Notes: generated from the letters alone by a model not told the origin. DNA of 58,439 nt from Bifidobacterium breve (GCA_945876305.1 CAMCOB010000001.1:1-58439), one strand, 5' to 3'. Numbered from the stretch's first letter, positions 1-9,789 are shown. Numbers and translations are program-made.

Positions 1-225
1 ACCAGCACCGTGCCAGGCCGATGGGTCCTCACCGGTACCCGCTACGGCCATTGCCGCCCACGCGGTATCCGCTGCCTGCCCGGGGCCCGCAGGGCCGATG
101 GCACCCGTGAGGGAGTCCTGCCGGGCTGAAAGGTGATCGAGCGCCTTCTCGAGCGGGGAGCCCGTCGCGAGGGGGGGAGCGGCCGCCATGGTGGCGAGCA
201 CGATGATGGCAAGAGCGCGGCGCAT
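1..225 (-). CDS. secreted protein, N-terminal 75 codons only (gene runs off the left edge)
   Basis: Absent from the ORF track because no stop lies in the window. ATG at 225-223 is followed by MRRALAIIVLATMAAAPPLATGSPLEKALDHLSARQD..., which has a basic n-region and a hydrophobic core typical of a Sec signal peptide. Third-position GC is very high, as in neighbouring real genes. Function is not assignable. Confidence 0.45.
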   Translation of the reverse strand, partial: MRRALAIIVLATMAAAPPLATGSPLEKALDHLSARQDSLTGAIGPAGPGQAADTAWAAMAVAGTGEDPSAWHGAG

Positions 226-320
226 GTCCGCAACCTTGCCCGACCGCGCCGGACGCGGTACTTCGCAGGGTCGCCGGATAACCTCGCCACGCGGTTGGGC
301 CACCGCTGCATCGCGGTCGT

Positions 321-1232
321 TCAGGTGGCGTCTGCCCCACGCGCGTCAAGCAGTTCTCCAAAGCGGGTCGCACTACGCAATGCGAAGTCCCCATGGTTGT
401 TGTTGAACACCACGGCCACTTCGCTCGCCGCGCCGGCCATGGCCATCACCGGATCGACCCACTCCCCCAACTCCTCGTCGGAGTACTGCCAGTCGAAGCG
501 CTCGGCCACGGTACGGCTGCCCTGCCAGGTCGCTGTATTTCGCCCATGCAGGCGGAGGTACGCGAGGCCGGGTGAGGTGACCTCCACGATGGGCGGCATC
601 GCACTCGCCACGTCCATACGAGGGGCGTCAACACACACCCATGCGGCATCGCGCTCCCCAAGCATCTCCACCGCCGCCTCGCGCTCGCCCGGTGCCGTCC
701 ACGAGGCATTCCTGAACTCCACGGCGGTGCGAAGGGGTGACAGGCGATCGATAATGCGCCCGATCTCTGCACGCTGCTCGGGACCCGACGTCACATGCGG
801 GGGCAGTTGCAAAAGCACCGACCCCATCTTTGAGCGAAGCGGTGCGATCACTTCCACGAATGCATCAATGACTGCATCCCGCAGCTCGCGCGACGGTTTG
901 CGGATGCGGCCCCGTGCGTCGGCCTCGTACGCAAGCTCCCGCAGCGGCTCGGGCAGTCGCGCCGGATCGGCGGCGTGCCCGCTGATCACCTGATTCGCCT
1001 TCACATGAAACCGGAAATCATCAGGCGTGCGCTCGGCCCACCCATCCACGGTCGATCGGCGCGGAATGGCGTAGAAGGTTGCGTTTACCTCCACCATGGG
1101 AAATTGCGATGCGTAGTACCGCAGCCGCCCCTCGGCGTCGTTCTTCACGTCGTCCGGGTACCAGCCCGCCTTGATGAACTCGGGGTCGGTCCACGATGCG
1201 GTGCCGATGCGGATTCCATCTGCCGTGCTCAC
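321..1232 (-). CDS. DUF72 family protein (YecE-like)
   Basis: 303 aa. IGTASWTD...YASQFPMVEVNATFYAIP...TPDDFRFHVKA matches the DUF72 consensus. The GTG start overlaps the ccmH stop as GTGA. Confidence 0.85.
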   Translation of the reverse strand: MSTADGIRIGTASWTDPEFIKAGWYPDDVKNDAEGRLRYYASQFPMVEVNATFYAIPRRSTVDGWAERTPDDFRFHVKANQVISGHAADPARLPEPLRELAYEADARGRIRKPSRELRDAVIDAFVEVIAPLRSKMGSVLLQLPPHVTSGPEQRAEIGRIIDRLSPLRTAVEFRNASWTAPGEREAAVEMLGERDAAWVCVDAPRMDVASAMPPIVEVTSPGLAYLRLHGRNTATWQGSRTVAERFDWQYSDEELGEWVDPVMAMAGAASEVAVVFNNNHGDFALRSATRFGELLDARGADAT

Positions 1233-1675
1233 CCTGGATGCTTGCGCAGCTCATCCTCAAGCAATGCGGCGTCCTCAGGCGAGATCTCGGGTGCAGGCGC
1301 GTCACCCGCTCGCTTGCGGGCCCAGGCCCGGGTAACAAAGGGGATCGCGCCAAGCCCCACGACCACGAGAAGGATCGGCACGATCCACGCCACCAGGTCA
1401 AAGCCCGACTTCGGCGGAGTGGCAAGCACCTCACGGCCAAACTCGGCCACGAGCGCATCGAGAATCTGATCCTCCGATTGCCCCTTTGCCACCCGGACGG
1501 CGATGAACTCCTTGATGTCCAGTGCGGCCGGAGAGTTGGAAATGTCGAGGGGGGTATTGCACGTGGGGCACCGCGTCTCGCGATAGATCTCCTGCGAGGT
1601 GACTCCGAGCGCAGGGGTCACCGCTGCGGCCAGGGCGAAGATCAACAGCACCACCGCAAGCGAGCGACGCATCAC
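1229..1675 (-). CDS. ccmH: cytochrome c-type biogenesis protein CcmH/NrfF-like
   Basis: 148 aa with a signal peptide, an RCPTC (CXXC) motif followed by LDISNSPAA, and a C-terminal TM helix. The GTG start overlaps the tlpA stop (GTGA). Confidence 0.8.
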   Translation of the reverse strand: MMRRSLAVVLLIFALAAAVTPALGVTSQEIYRETRCPTCNTPLDISNSPAALDIKEFIAVRVAKGQSEDQILDALVAEFGREVLATPPKSGFDLVAWIVPILLVVVGLGAIPFVTRAWARKRAGDAPAPEISPEDAALLEDELRKHPG

Positions 1676-2271
1676 TTCTCAGCCAGAACCTGGTCGAGGG
1701 GCACAGTGATCTGCCGAAGTTCGGTGACCTGCCCGGTGATGTGGAGGGCAATACGGCCCCGCTTGTCGATGATGTAGGTCTCGGGCACTCCTGTGGCCTC
1801 AAGATCGCGCTTACTGGCATCAGTGCCGTCACGCAGCGATGGGTACGTGATGCCGTTTTCGCGAAGGAATGCCAGAGCATTCCCGCTGAGGTCCTGAAGG
1901 TCGAGACCGAGCACCAGGGCACCCTTGCCCCTGTAACGCTCCCACGCGGTCTCGAAGATGGGGGCCTCGTCGCGACAGGGGCCGCACCACGACGCCCACA
2001 GGTTGAGCACCACGGGGGTGCCCTTGAGCGACGACAGCGACACCCGTTGCCCGGCCGGCGGAAGCCCCGGACCGCTCACGAGAACCGGGAGCGTGATGTC
2101 GGGCGCGGGAGGCCGTTGCCCTGAGACCAGTGCATCGTCAATCGCCGTTCTGCCCCCGCTGGCGGCGAGGCCCACCACGAGCAACACGATGATGAGCAGC
2201 GCCGCGACCCCGCCCGCAATGAGCCCGATCAGGCGCCGGCGGTCTGAACCGCTGTCGTCGGCCTCGACCAT
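1672..2271 (-). CDS. TlpA/ResA/CcmG-family membrane-anchored thiol:disulfide oxidoreductase
   Basis: Contains the thioredoxin motif WASWCGPCRDE and an N-terminal TM anchor (LIGLIAGGVAALLIIVLLVVGL). I chose the internal ATG at 2271 (MVEADD...), which overlaps the upstream stop by 1 nt (TGATG). The ORF-track extension to 2394 lies inside the upstream gene. Confidence 0.85.
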   Translation of the reverse strand: MVEADDSGSDRRRLIGLIAGGVAALLIIVLLVVGLAASGGRTAIDDALVSGQRPPAPDITLPVLVSGPGLPPAGQRVSLSSLKGTPVVLNLWASWCGPCRDEAPIFETAWERYRGKGALVLGLDLQDLSGNALAFLRENGITYPSLRDGTDASKRDLEATGVPETYIIDKRGRIALHITGQVTELRQITVPLDQVLAEK

Positions 2272-3545
2272 CAGCCGAACGGTGCGTAGATGGCGCGTGC
2301 GGTACCGAGCAGTGAGGTACCGAGGATGGCCTGCATCCCGCCCCTGATGCGACGGCTTGAGGGCACCTTGGTCCACTTGCCGGCGCCACGCCACACGGCG
2401 GCGCCGCGGTCAAACCGCACCACGGCGCGGCGTGACGCCACAACCGCAGTGGCGCCAATGGAGAGCGCCGCACCGCTTCGGGCGCGCCCGCCAGCCGTCG
2501 GCGCCACGATTCCCATGCGCGCAGCGGGCACGCCGGATACCCGCACGGCCGAGGGCTCGCCGATAAGCGAGAAGCCCCCACCGGCATCGAGGCCGACGTA
2601 GGTGCCGCCGGTACGGGAGTCAGCGGTAAACAGCAGGTCACCTGCGCCATTGCTGCCGTCAAGCGTCATCCCCGAGAGGCTGAATCCGCTGCCGTTCCCC
2701 AACCGCACGCCGGCTCCGGCATTCCCCGACACCACGCTGTCGCGAAGCCCGATACGCAGGCCGCCGCCGCCGATGAGCACACCGTTACGGGCATTGGACG
2801 ACGCGGTGACCCCAACCAGCGAGATATCCGACGTACCGGAATCCTCGCTGGCGATGCCATCAATCCCGTTGCCCGTCGCGCGAAAGTTGGTCACATCGAG
2901 CCTCGCCACATCGTCCGCCAAGCGTAGGCCATCCTGCCCCGCCCCTGACACCGAACCGCCGGTGATGGCATACGGGCCGGCTGCAGTCAGCGCCGCGAGG
3001 CGGATACCATCGCGTTTGGTCGCCGTGACCACTGCGTCGGCAATCACGATGCCAGTGCCCCCGGTGACCGCGATCCCATCCACACCAGCGCCGTCCACTG
3101 CGATACCGCGCAGCACGATGCCGCCCTCTGCATTCGGTGGCGTGACATTGACGCCGGTGCGCGACGCACCTCGGCACACGATTCCGTCGAGGGTCACTGG
3201 TCCACGCGTGATGTCAATGCATCCGCCGCCGGTGTCGTTGGTGCCGCCATAACCGGCAATTACGGCGCTGCCCGGGGGATCGGCCGCGACGGTGAGATTG
3301 CGCTGCGTGATTGCGGCGTCGCCATACGTGCCGGCCCCAATGGCGAGTGCCCACGGGCGCACGTCTGATCCACGCTGCGCCTGCACCGCACCGAGGGCGT
3401 CGCGAATGGCGTCGGCCCCCGATTTGGTGTCAATGAGCGTGCCCAACTCATCGCGTACCTCAACTGTGCCGGGAACCGGCGCAGCGCCCGCCGTGGCGGC
3501 TGCGACGGCAAGGAGCAGCGCTGCGGCTGCAATCCGGCGGGTCAG
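2271..3545 (-). CDS. secreted right-handed parallel beta-helix (PbH1) repeat protein
   Basis: Repeated G-x-D-G-I / N-G-V-L-I-type beta-helix turns run through the 391-aa ORF. The 33 in-frame codons upstream of the track TTG start (3446) encode TRRIAAAALLLAVAAATAGAAP, a classic signal peptide. The only plausible initiator there is CTG at 3545, overlapping the trpC stop as CTGA. The 5' end is therefore uncertain (3446 versus 3545). Confidence 0.7.
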   Translation of the reverse strand: MTRRIAAAALLLAVAAATAGAAPVPGTVEVRDELGTLIDTKSGADAIRDALGAVQAQRGSDVRPWALAIGAGTYGDAAITQRNLTVAADPPGSAVIAGYGGTNDTGGGCIDITRGPVTLDGIVCRGASRTGVNVTPPNAEGGIVLRGIAVDGAGVDGIAVTGGTGIVIADAVVTATKRDGIRLAALTAAGPYAITGGSVSGAGQDGLRLADDVARLDVTNFRATGNGIDGIASEDSGTSDISLVGVTASSNARNGVLIGGGGLRIGLRDSVVSGNAGAGVRLGNGSGFSLSGMTLDGSNGAGDLLFTADSRTGGTYVGLDAGGGFSLIGEPSAVRVSGVPAARMGIVAPTAGGRARSGAALSIGATAVVASRRAVVRFDRGAAVWRGAGKWTKVPSSRRIRGGMQAILGTSLLGTARAIYAPFG

Positions 3546-4336
3546 TCCGACGACCTCGCCGACCCGAGGAGCGCGCGCACAGACTCCCCGGTGTCATCGC
3601 TTCGCATCAGCATCTCGCCCACGAGGATTGCATCAACACCGGCCACCTCAAGGCGATCGACGTCCGCGCGCGACGTGATGCCGCTCTCGGCCACCACAAT
3701 TGTTCCGGCCGGCGCATCCGGCAGCAGCCGTAGTGCTGTCTCCGGATCCACCTCGAGCGTGTGCAGATTGCGGTTATTGACGCCGATGATCTCGGCCCCT
3801 GCTTCCACCGCGATCTCCATCTCCTCCTCGTCGTGCACCTCCACAAGGCAATCGAGGCCGACGCCCGCAGCGACCTCCTGCAACTCCACCAGCCGCTCTG
3901 GACTAAGGGCCGCGACAATCAGCAGGATCGCATCGGCGCCCGCCACCCGCGCCTCGAGGATCTGGTACCGCGTGACGATGAAGTCCTTGCGCAATAGCGG
4001 CAGGTCAACCGCCGCGCGCGCCTCAACAAGGTCATCCAGCGAACCCCCGAACCATGCGGGCTCGGTGAGAATCGAGCACGCCGATGCGCCGGCCTGCTCG
4101 TACGCCTGGACGATCTGAGTGACCGTGGCGTCGGGGCGGATGGGACCTTTCGACGGGCTCGCGCGCTTCATCTCGGCGATGAGCGAGATGCCCTCGGCAA
4201 TGAGCGCCTCGCTGAACGGGCGACTGCGCCCCGGCGCCGAAATCCGTTCACGCAGCGCCTCAACGGCCACCACCTTTGCGCGGGCATCGACATCAGCGCG
4301 GGTGCGTTCGATCACCTGGTCGAGAAACGTGGGCAT
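3542..4336 (-). CDS. trpC: indole-3-glycerol phosphate synthase
   Basis: MPTFLDQVIERTRADV...IAEMKRASPSKG...LRKDFIV..YQI.EAR..GADAILLI...NNRNL match TrpC motifs. I chose the internal ATG at 4336; the longer track ORF overlaps trpD. Confidence 0.9.
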   Translation of the reverse strand: MPTFLDQVIERTRADVDARAKVVAVEALRERISAPGRSRPFSEALIAEGISLIAEMKRASPSKGPIRPDATVTQIVQAYEQAGASACSILTEPAWFGGSLDDLVEARAAVDLPLLRKDFIVTRYQILEARVAGADAILLIVAALSPERLVELQEVAAGVGLDCLVEVHDEEEMEIAVEAGAEIIGVNNRNLHTLEVDPETALRLLPDAPAGTIVVAESGITSRADVDRLEVAGVDAILVGEMLMRSDDTGESVRALLGSARSSD

Positions 4337-4355
4337 GTTGGGTGCGCTTCCCTCT

Positions 4356-5393
4356 CTATGCCGCGGGGGCGAGGCGGCCGGTTGTGTTGATGAAGCGTTC
4401 GAGAACATCCTTCGCCGCGCCCGAGGTGGCGGCCTCCTCGGCACGGGCCATGCCGTCCTGCAGCGACGATGCGATACCCGCCATCCACAGCGCGGCAGCC
4501 GCGTTGACCACAAGGATGTCGCGCACCGGCCCGGCGGCGCCACCGATCGCACGCACCAGAATGCGCGCATTGTCATCGGGGCCCCCGCCCGCCAGATCGC
4601 CAGGTGACGGCGGCATCAGCCCGAGCGACGCCGGGTCAATCACAAACGCGTCAAGGCGGTCCTCCTCGATGAGCACAGCGTCGGTGGCCTCCATGGTGCT
4701 GATCTCGTCAAGTCCGTCGCGGCCGCACACCACGATGGCGCGCTCGGTGCCCAGCCCGCGGATCGCCTGCCCGACACGTTGGAGGTAGTCACGGCTGTTC
4801 ACACCGATCACCTGACGGCGTGCCCCTGCGGGATTCGCGAGCGGGCCGAGCAGATTGAATGCGGTCCGCACGCCGAGCGCTTTGCGCGCAGGGCCCACAT
4901 GCCGGAATGCCGGGTGGTGACCCGGCGCGAACATAAACCCCAACCCGACCGTCTCGATGCACTCGGCAACCGCCTCGGGGGCGAGATCCACCCGGGCGCC
5001 CATTGCCTCCAGCACATCGGCGCTGCCGCACGACGACGTCACCGCACGGTTGCCGTGCTTGGCCACGTGGGCACCGGCGCCGGCGGCGAGGAACGCGGCA
5101 CCGGTGGAGATGTTGACCGTGGATGGTCCGCCGCCTGTACCGCAGGTATCCACCAGGGTGAGCGCAGGATCGACCGTGACAGCCTCGGCCCGTATGCGCA
5201 CGGCGTCGGCGATACCCGCCAGCTCCTCCGCCGTCTCCCCCTTCGCACGCAGGGCGATGAGGAACCCGGCGACCTGGGCATCCTCCACTGCCCCATCCAT
5301 GATCACGCCAACGGCCGCCTGCGCGCCGGCCCGGCCGATGTCCTCGCGGGAGAGCAGGCGTTCGATGGCGTCGGTGAGGATTGGATCAGGCAC
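4356..5393 (-). CDS. trpD: anthranilate phosphoribosyltransferase
   Basis: Contains DTCGTGGGPSTVNISTGAAF and HGNRAVTSSCGSADVLEA motifs. The GTG start at 5393 overlaps the trpG TAG by 1 nt. Confidence 0.9.
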   Translation of the reverse strand: MPDPILTDAIERLLSREDIGRAGAQAAVGVIMDGAVEDAQVAGFLIALRAKGETAEELAGIADAVRIRAEAVTVDPALTLVDTCGTGGGPSTVNISTGAAFLAAGAGAHVAKHGNRAVTSSCGSADVLEAMGARVDLAPEAVAECIETVGLGFMFAPGHHPAFRHVGPARKALGVRTAFNLLGPLANPAGARRQVIGVNSRDYLQRVGQAIRGLGTERAIVVCGRDGLDEISTMEATDAVLIEEDRLDAFVIDPASLGLMPPSPGDLAGGGPDDNARILVRAIGGAAGPVRDILVVNAAAALWMAGIASSLQDGMARAEEAATSGAAKDVLERFINTTGRLAPAA

Positions 5394-5974
5394 TAAATTC
5401 GTATCTCCAGGAAGTTGCCAAGCAGGGTACGACCCGCATCGGTGAGGATGGATTCGGGGTGAAACTGCACACCCTCCACGGGAAGTTCGCGATGGCGCAG
5501 CCCCATGATGACGTCGCCATCGCACCATGCCGATACCTCAAGCACGTCAGGGAGCGTGGTCGGGTCGACCACCAGCGAGTGGTAGCGGGTGGCGGTCATC
5601 GGCTGGGGCAGCCCGGAGAACACGGTGCGCCCGTCGTGGCTGATCTCACTCGTCTTGCCGTGCACCGGCTCAGACCCCCGCACCACGTCGCCACCAAATG
5701 CCTGACCGATGGCCTGATGGCCCAGGCACACGCCGAAGATGGGCACCTCCCCAGCCATCTCGCGGATGACGTCCAGCGAGATACCGGCCTCGTCGGGTGT
5801 TTTGGGCCCGGGTGAGATGACCACGTGCGTGGGGTTGAGGTCACGTATGCCGTCCACAGTGATGCGGTCGTGGCGGTGCACATCCACCCGCGCGCCAAGC
5901 TCAGCCAGATACTGGAAGAGGTTGTAGGTAAACGAGTCGTAGTTGTCGACGATGACGACGTGGGGACTACTCAC
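5393..5974 (-). CDS. trpG: anthranilate synthase component II (glutamine amidotransferase)
   Basis: [24 protein letters not shown] (catalytic Cys) and VQFHPES motifs. The GTG start overlaps the trpE stop (GTGA). Confidence 0.9.
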   Translation of the reverse strand: MSSPHVVIVDNYDSFTYNLFQYLAELGARVDVHRHDRITVDGIRDLNPTHVVISPGPKTPDEAGISLDVIREMAGEVPIFGVCLGHQAIGQAFGGDVVRGSEPVHGKTSEISHDGRTVFSGLPQPMTATRYHSLVVDPTTLPDVLEVSAWCDGDVIMGLRHRELPVEGVQFHPESILTDAGRTLLGNFLEIRI

Positions 5975-7503
5975 CAGTCCTCCTGCTGCGCCGCCACCTC
6001 AATCGCCCGGAACATCCCCGCAGCCTTGCGCTGGGTCTCCTCGAACTCCGATTGAGCGTTGCTGTCGGCCACCACACCGGCGCCTGCCTGCACGTGGCAT
6101 CCACCGTTACGACACACGATCGTGCGGATGGTGATGCAGGTGTCGAGGTCCCCATTGAACCCCAGGTAGCCCACCGCACCGCCATACGGCCCGCGCTTGG
6201 TCGGCTCCAGTTCGTCGATGATCTCCATTGCCCGCACCTTGGGGGCACCACTGAGCGTGCCCGCCGGAAACGTTGAGCGCAGCGCATCCACAGCCCGGCG
6301 CCCCTCGGCGAGATGCCCCACCACGCTGCTCTCGATGTGCATCACGTGGCTGTAGTACTCGACCACCATCAAATCCTTCACCCGCACGCTTCCCGGCTCG
6401 CACACACGACCCAGATCGTTACGGCCGAGGTCCACCAGCATTACGTGCTCGGCACGTTCCTTGGGGTCGGCCAACAGCTCCTCTGCCAGCGCCAGATCCT
6501 CCGCGCGGTCAGCACCGCGTTGGCGGGTACCGGCGATGGGACGGGTCTCAACCACGCCCTCGGTCACCTTCACCAGCATCTCGGGCGACGATCCGGCCAA
6601 CTGCACATCGCCGGTGTCGATGAAGAACATGTATGGCGACGGATTGACCGTGCGCAGGCCGCGGTAAATGGCGAAGGGCTCGAGGTCAGTCTGCACCGAG
6701 AACCGCTGTGACGGGACCACCTGAAATGCATCGCCGGCGTATACGTACTCGCGTACGGCCTCCACCCCGGCGCAGAACCGGTCGTGGCCGATGTTGCTCT
6801 CGACCATCCCGATCTCGGCGGGGACATGAGGTGTCGGCGCCGGCACCGGGCCAGCCAGGCGCGCCTTGATCGCCTCAATCACGCCAATGGTGGCCGCATA
6901 GGCCGGGGCCGGGTCAATACCCGTCTGCACCGGGCACGGGGCCATGATGGTGATGGACCGTCGAAGGTGGTCAAACAGCACCACGGGGCCGGTCACCATC
7001 ATCACCATGTCGGGAATCGCCAGATCGTCATTGGGCACGTCGGGCAGGTGCTCCACCGTGCGCACCAGGTCGTACCCGAAGAAGCCCACGGCACCACCCC
7101 AAAACGCCATCTCGTCGGCCGGCGGGGCCACCGCTGCATCGAGCACGACGGACTGCACTGCGCCAAACGGATCAGATGCGTCGAGTTCGGTCTCGTTGCC
7201 GTCGTCCCGACGCATGACCAGACGCCCGCCCTCGGCGCGGATAATGGCCTGGGGATCGATGCCGAGCATCGAATACCGGCCAATGCGCTGCCCCTCCTCA
7301 GCAGACTCGAGCAGGAAGCACGGGCCCCCGTCCCGCAACTTCAGCATGGCGCCCACTGGCGTCTCGCAGTCGGCGAGGTACGTGTGAACCACCTGCACCT
7401 GAAGGTACTGCGAGGAGAGCGCCCGTACCTCGTCCAGCGAAGGGGTCACCGCGATGCCCGCCCCGGGGGTGCGCGCGGGTACGTCGATGCGAAGGGTGGT
7501 CAC
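5971..7503 (-). CDS. trpE: anthranilate synthase component I
   Basis: Chorismate-binding domain with [26 protein letters not shown] and AGAGVVADS motifs. The GTG at 7503 overlaps the hisIE stop (GTGA). Confidence 0.9.
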   Translation of the reverse strand: MTTLRIDVPARTPGAGIAVTPSLDEVRALSSQYLQVQVVHTYLADCETPVGAMLKLRDGGPCFLLESAEEGQRIGRYSMLGIDPQAIIRAEGGRLVMRRDDGNETELDASDPFGAVQSVVLDAAVAPPADEMAFWGGAVGFFGYDLVRTVEHLPDVPNDDLAIPDMVMMVTGPVVLFDHLRRSITIMAPCPVQTGIDPAPAYAATIGVIEAIKARLAGPVPAPTPHVPAEIGMVESNIGHDRFCAGVEAVREYVYAGDAFQVVPSQRFSVQTDLEPFAIYRGLRTVNPSPYMFFIDTGDVQLAGSSPEMLVKVTEGVVETRPIAGTRQRGADRAEDLALAEELLADPKERAEHVMLVDLGRNDLGRVCEPGSVRVKDLMVVEYYSHVMHIESSVVGHLAEGRRAVDALRSTFPAGTLSGAPKVRAMEIIDELEPTKRGPYGGAVGYLGFNGDLDTCITIRTIVCRNGGCHVQAGAGVVADSNAQSEFEETQRKAAGMFRAIEVAAQQEDW

Positions 7504-8150
7504 CCCTGCTCCCGCCTCCGCGATGCCAGTTCCTCGGCCACGTCCGCCAGGCGCACGTCGAGCGACTGCCACAGCACAACAAGGTGGTACAGCAGATCGG
7601 CGCTCTCATAGATGAGCTGGTCGCGCTCCTCGCCCTTCGCCGCGATGGCCACCTCGGTGGCCTCTTCTCCGATCTTCTTGCACATGGTGTCAATACCACG
7701 GTGAATGAGCGACGCCGTGTACGACGACTCGGGGTCGGCCTCGGCCGCGCGGGCACGGACGATGGCCTCGAGGTCGGGAAGCATGGCGTAGGGCGCATTG
7801 TCGGCACCCACCGTGCCGCTGAGGGGCACGTGAAAGCAGCTGTTCTCACCGGTGTGGCATGCAGGGCCCGCAGGGCGCACCGACACCACGATGGCATCGT
7901 CGTCGCAGTCGGTGGACACGCCGGTCACCACCTGCGTGTTACCGCTGGTTGCGCCCTTGTTCCACAGCTCCTGGCGCGAGCGGCTCCAGAACCAGGTCTG
8001 GCCGGTCTCCAGCGTGCGCCCCAGCGATTCGGCGTTCATCCACGCCAGCGTGAGCACGCGACCGGTATCGGCGTCCTGCACAACAGCGGGTACGAGCCCG
8101 TCGTCGCCGAAGGCGATACGGCCCGCGACATCGCCCGGCGCGGCGCTCAC
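7500..8150 (-). CDS. hisI: bifunctional phosphoribosyl-AMP cyclohydrolase / phosphoribosyl-ATP pyrophosphatase
   Basis: The HisI part has [19 protein letters not shown] and [15 protein letters not shown]. The HisE part has SYTASL...[25 protein letters not shown]. The GTG start overlaps the upstream stop (GTGA). Confidence 0.9.
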   Translation of the reverse strand: MSAAPGDVAGRIAFGDDGLVPAVVQDADTGRVLTLAWMNAESLGRTLETGQTWFWSRSRQELWNKGATSGNTQVVTGVSTDCDDDAIVVSVRPAGPACHTGENSCFHVPLSGTVGADNAPYAMLPDLEAIVRARAAEADPESSYTASLIHRGIDTMCKKIGEEATEVAIAAKGEERDQLIYESADLLYHLVVLWQSLDVRLADVAEELASRRREQG

Positions 8151-8827
8151 GCGGCCACGCGCATAAGGGTGTCCACCATCACAGGGGCGGCGTTCGTCGA
8201 AACCCGCTGCGCTCCTGCATCCAGCAGGGCGATGGCGGACGCAAGGTCACGCACCGCACCGGCTGCGATGACGCCCACATCGGCTGGCAGCGACTCGCGC
8301 ATGATCTCCACGTCCTGGGTACGGGCCTCGCCCCCAACCCCGGTGGCGGTCACCGCAAAGTCCGCGCCCACCAGGGCAACCACGCCGCAGGCGTGCCGAA
8401 GAAGGCGCTCGCCCAGCAGGGGGGCCTCAAGAACTGCACGCACCATCACGCGGGCGCTGGTACTGCCCCGCGCAGCATCCACCGCGGCACCGAGGTCGGC
8501 GCGGGCTGTTCCGAAGCGCCCCGCCAGCAGCGCCGAAACGTCCATCACCACGTCCACCTCGCGTGCGCCGGCGGCCACTGCAGCGCGTACCGCCGCGGCT
8601 TTCACGGATGTGTCGTCGAACCCGAACGGGTAACTCACCACAGTGCCCACCTTCACATCACCGCCGCGCAGCGCGTCGGCCGTCATCGCCACCATCGACG
8701 GGGGCACCACCACGCTGGCCACGTGCAGACGCGCCGCCGTGGCGCAGTGAATCGCCACGTCGTCGGCAGTGACCCCCGCCCGTACGAGCGTGAAGTCGAG
8801 GCTCTTCGCGAGTTCGCGGGCCCTCAT
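8147..8827 (-). CDS. DeoC/LacD-fold (deoxyribose-phosphate aldolase-like) protein lacking the catalytic lysines
   Basis: Collinear with DERA: [35 protein letters not shown]. The lysine motifs instead read [17 protein letters not shown] and [10 protein letters not shown] chose the internal ATG at 8827 ([13 protein letters not shown]). Confidence 0.7.
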   Translation of the reverse strand: MRARELAKSLDFTLVRAGVTADDVAIHCATAARLHVASVVVPPSMVAMTADALRGGDVKVGTVVSYPFGFDDTSVKAAAVRAAVAAGAREVDVVMDVSALLAGRFGTARADLGAAVDAARGSTSARVMVRAVLEAPLLGERLLRHACGVVALVGADFAVTATGVGGEARTQDVEIMRESLPADVGVIAAGAVRDLASAIALLDAGAQRVSTNAAPVMVDTLMRVAA

Positions 8828-8875
8828 CGTGCCGTGTCGTCCCGGGGTCGTGACATGGCGCGGAAGTATAGGGAG

Positions 8876-8894
8876 ATCGGGGCGACTCCCCGAT
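8876..8894 (-). terminator. 7-bp GC-rich hairpin 9 nt after the era stop (terminator-like, no U-tract)
   Basis: The plus strand reads atcgggg-cgact-ccccgat. It lies in the only sizeable gap (76 nt) of the long minus-strand gene run. Confidence 0.3.
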
Positions 8895-8903
8895 GGCACA
8901 GGG

Positions 8904-9788
8904 CTACAGCCCGAGGCGGTCCAGCATGGCGTCATCACGCCGCCATCTGGGCCTCACCTTCACCTGAAGGTTGAGGTGCACGGGCTGCTTGAAGAAGTCG
9001 GCCAGCACCATTCGTGCCTGGGTACCGATGTCGCGGATCATCGTGCCGCCCTTCCCCACCACGATCCCCTTCTGACTCTCGGCCTCCACGTAGATGTAGG
9101 CCTCAATGCGCACGCCCTCCTTGGCGTCGCTGATGTCCTCGACGTGCACAGCGAGCGCGTGGGGTATCTCGTCACGCATGCGCTGGATGGCGGCCTCCCG
9201 GATCATCTCGGCCGCCATCTCTTCTTGCGTCTGGTCAGTGCTCACGCCATCGGGGAAGTACGACGGCCCCTCGGGAAGGAGCGCCGGAAACTCTTCGCGC
9301 AGCGCGTCCAGTCCCTCGCCCGTAAGCGCGCTCACCGGGTGCAGCGCCACGAAGTCGGGCAGCAACTCGGATGCCTGCAGGATGACCCGTGCCACCACAT
9401 CGGCCTCGACGCGATCCACCTGATTGACCACGATCACTACGGGCAGGCCACTGGCCTTGAGGCGGTGAGCGATAAACCGGTCGCCCTTGCCCACCTCTTC
9501 TGCCGCATTGAGGAGAAACAGCGCCGCATCGGTGTCGCCCACCGTCCGGTCCACTGTGTCCTGCATGCGTTCAGTCAGGCGATCCGCTGGTCGCTGAAAC
9601 CCCGGGAGGTCGAGCAGCACGGCCTGCCACCCCTCTCCCCGTGCCACCGCCAGCACCCGACGACGGGTGGTCTGGGGTCGGTCGCTCACGGCCGCCACAT
9701 GGGCACCCGCCAGCGCATTGGCGAGCGTGCTCTTGCCCACGTTGGGGCGGCCTGCAAGTGCAACCAGCCCTGAATGAAGCGGTGTCAT
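8904..9788 (-). CDS. era: GTPase Era
   Basis: G1 motif GRPNVGKSTL, DLPG, NQVD, and a C-terminal KH domain (VEAESQKGIVVGKGG). Confidence 0.95.
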   Translation of the reverse strand: MTPLHSGLVALAGRPNVGKSTLANALAGAHVAAVSDRPQTTRRRVLAVARGEGWQAVLLDLPGFQRPADRLTERMQDTVDRTVGDTDAALFLLNAAEEVGKGDRFIAHRLKASGLPVVIVVNQVDRVEADVVARVILQASELLPDFVALHPVSALTGEGLDALREEFPALLPEGPSYFPDGVSTDQTQEEMAAEMIREAAIQRMRDEIPHALAVHVEDISDAKEGVRIEAYIYVEAESQKGIVVGKGGTMIRDIGTQARMVLADFFKQPVHLNLQVKVRPRWRRDDAMLDRLGL

Positions 9789-9789
9789 G

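Noticed and set aside
133-993. Many long ORFs on the strand opposite, or in alternative frames, to the called genes. Examples are 133..993 +, 7584..8633 +, 16721..17959 +, 23476..24600 +, 40567..41934 + and 56266..57195 +.
   Set aside because: Their translations are dominated by R/P/G/A/H runs with no motifs, and they fully overlap genes with clear family signatures. Long spurious ORFs are expected at about 70% GC because stop codons are AT-rich.
3542-4576. Long N-terminal extensions offered by the ORF track for trpC, trpD, trpE, phoH, prmA, dnaJ, hemW, leuS, proB, obg, comEC, the DeoC-like gene and the lipoprotein genes.
   Set aside because: The extensions overlap the upstream gene by tens to hundreds of nt and are compositionally non-protein-like. 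Internal starts reproduce the family N-termini and give 1- or 4-nt junction overlaps.
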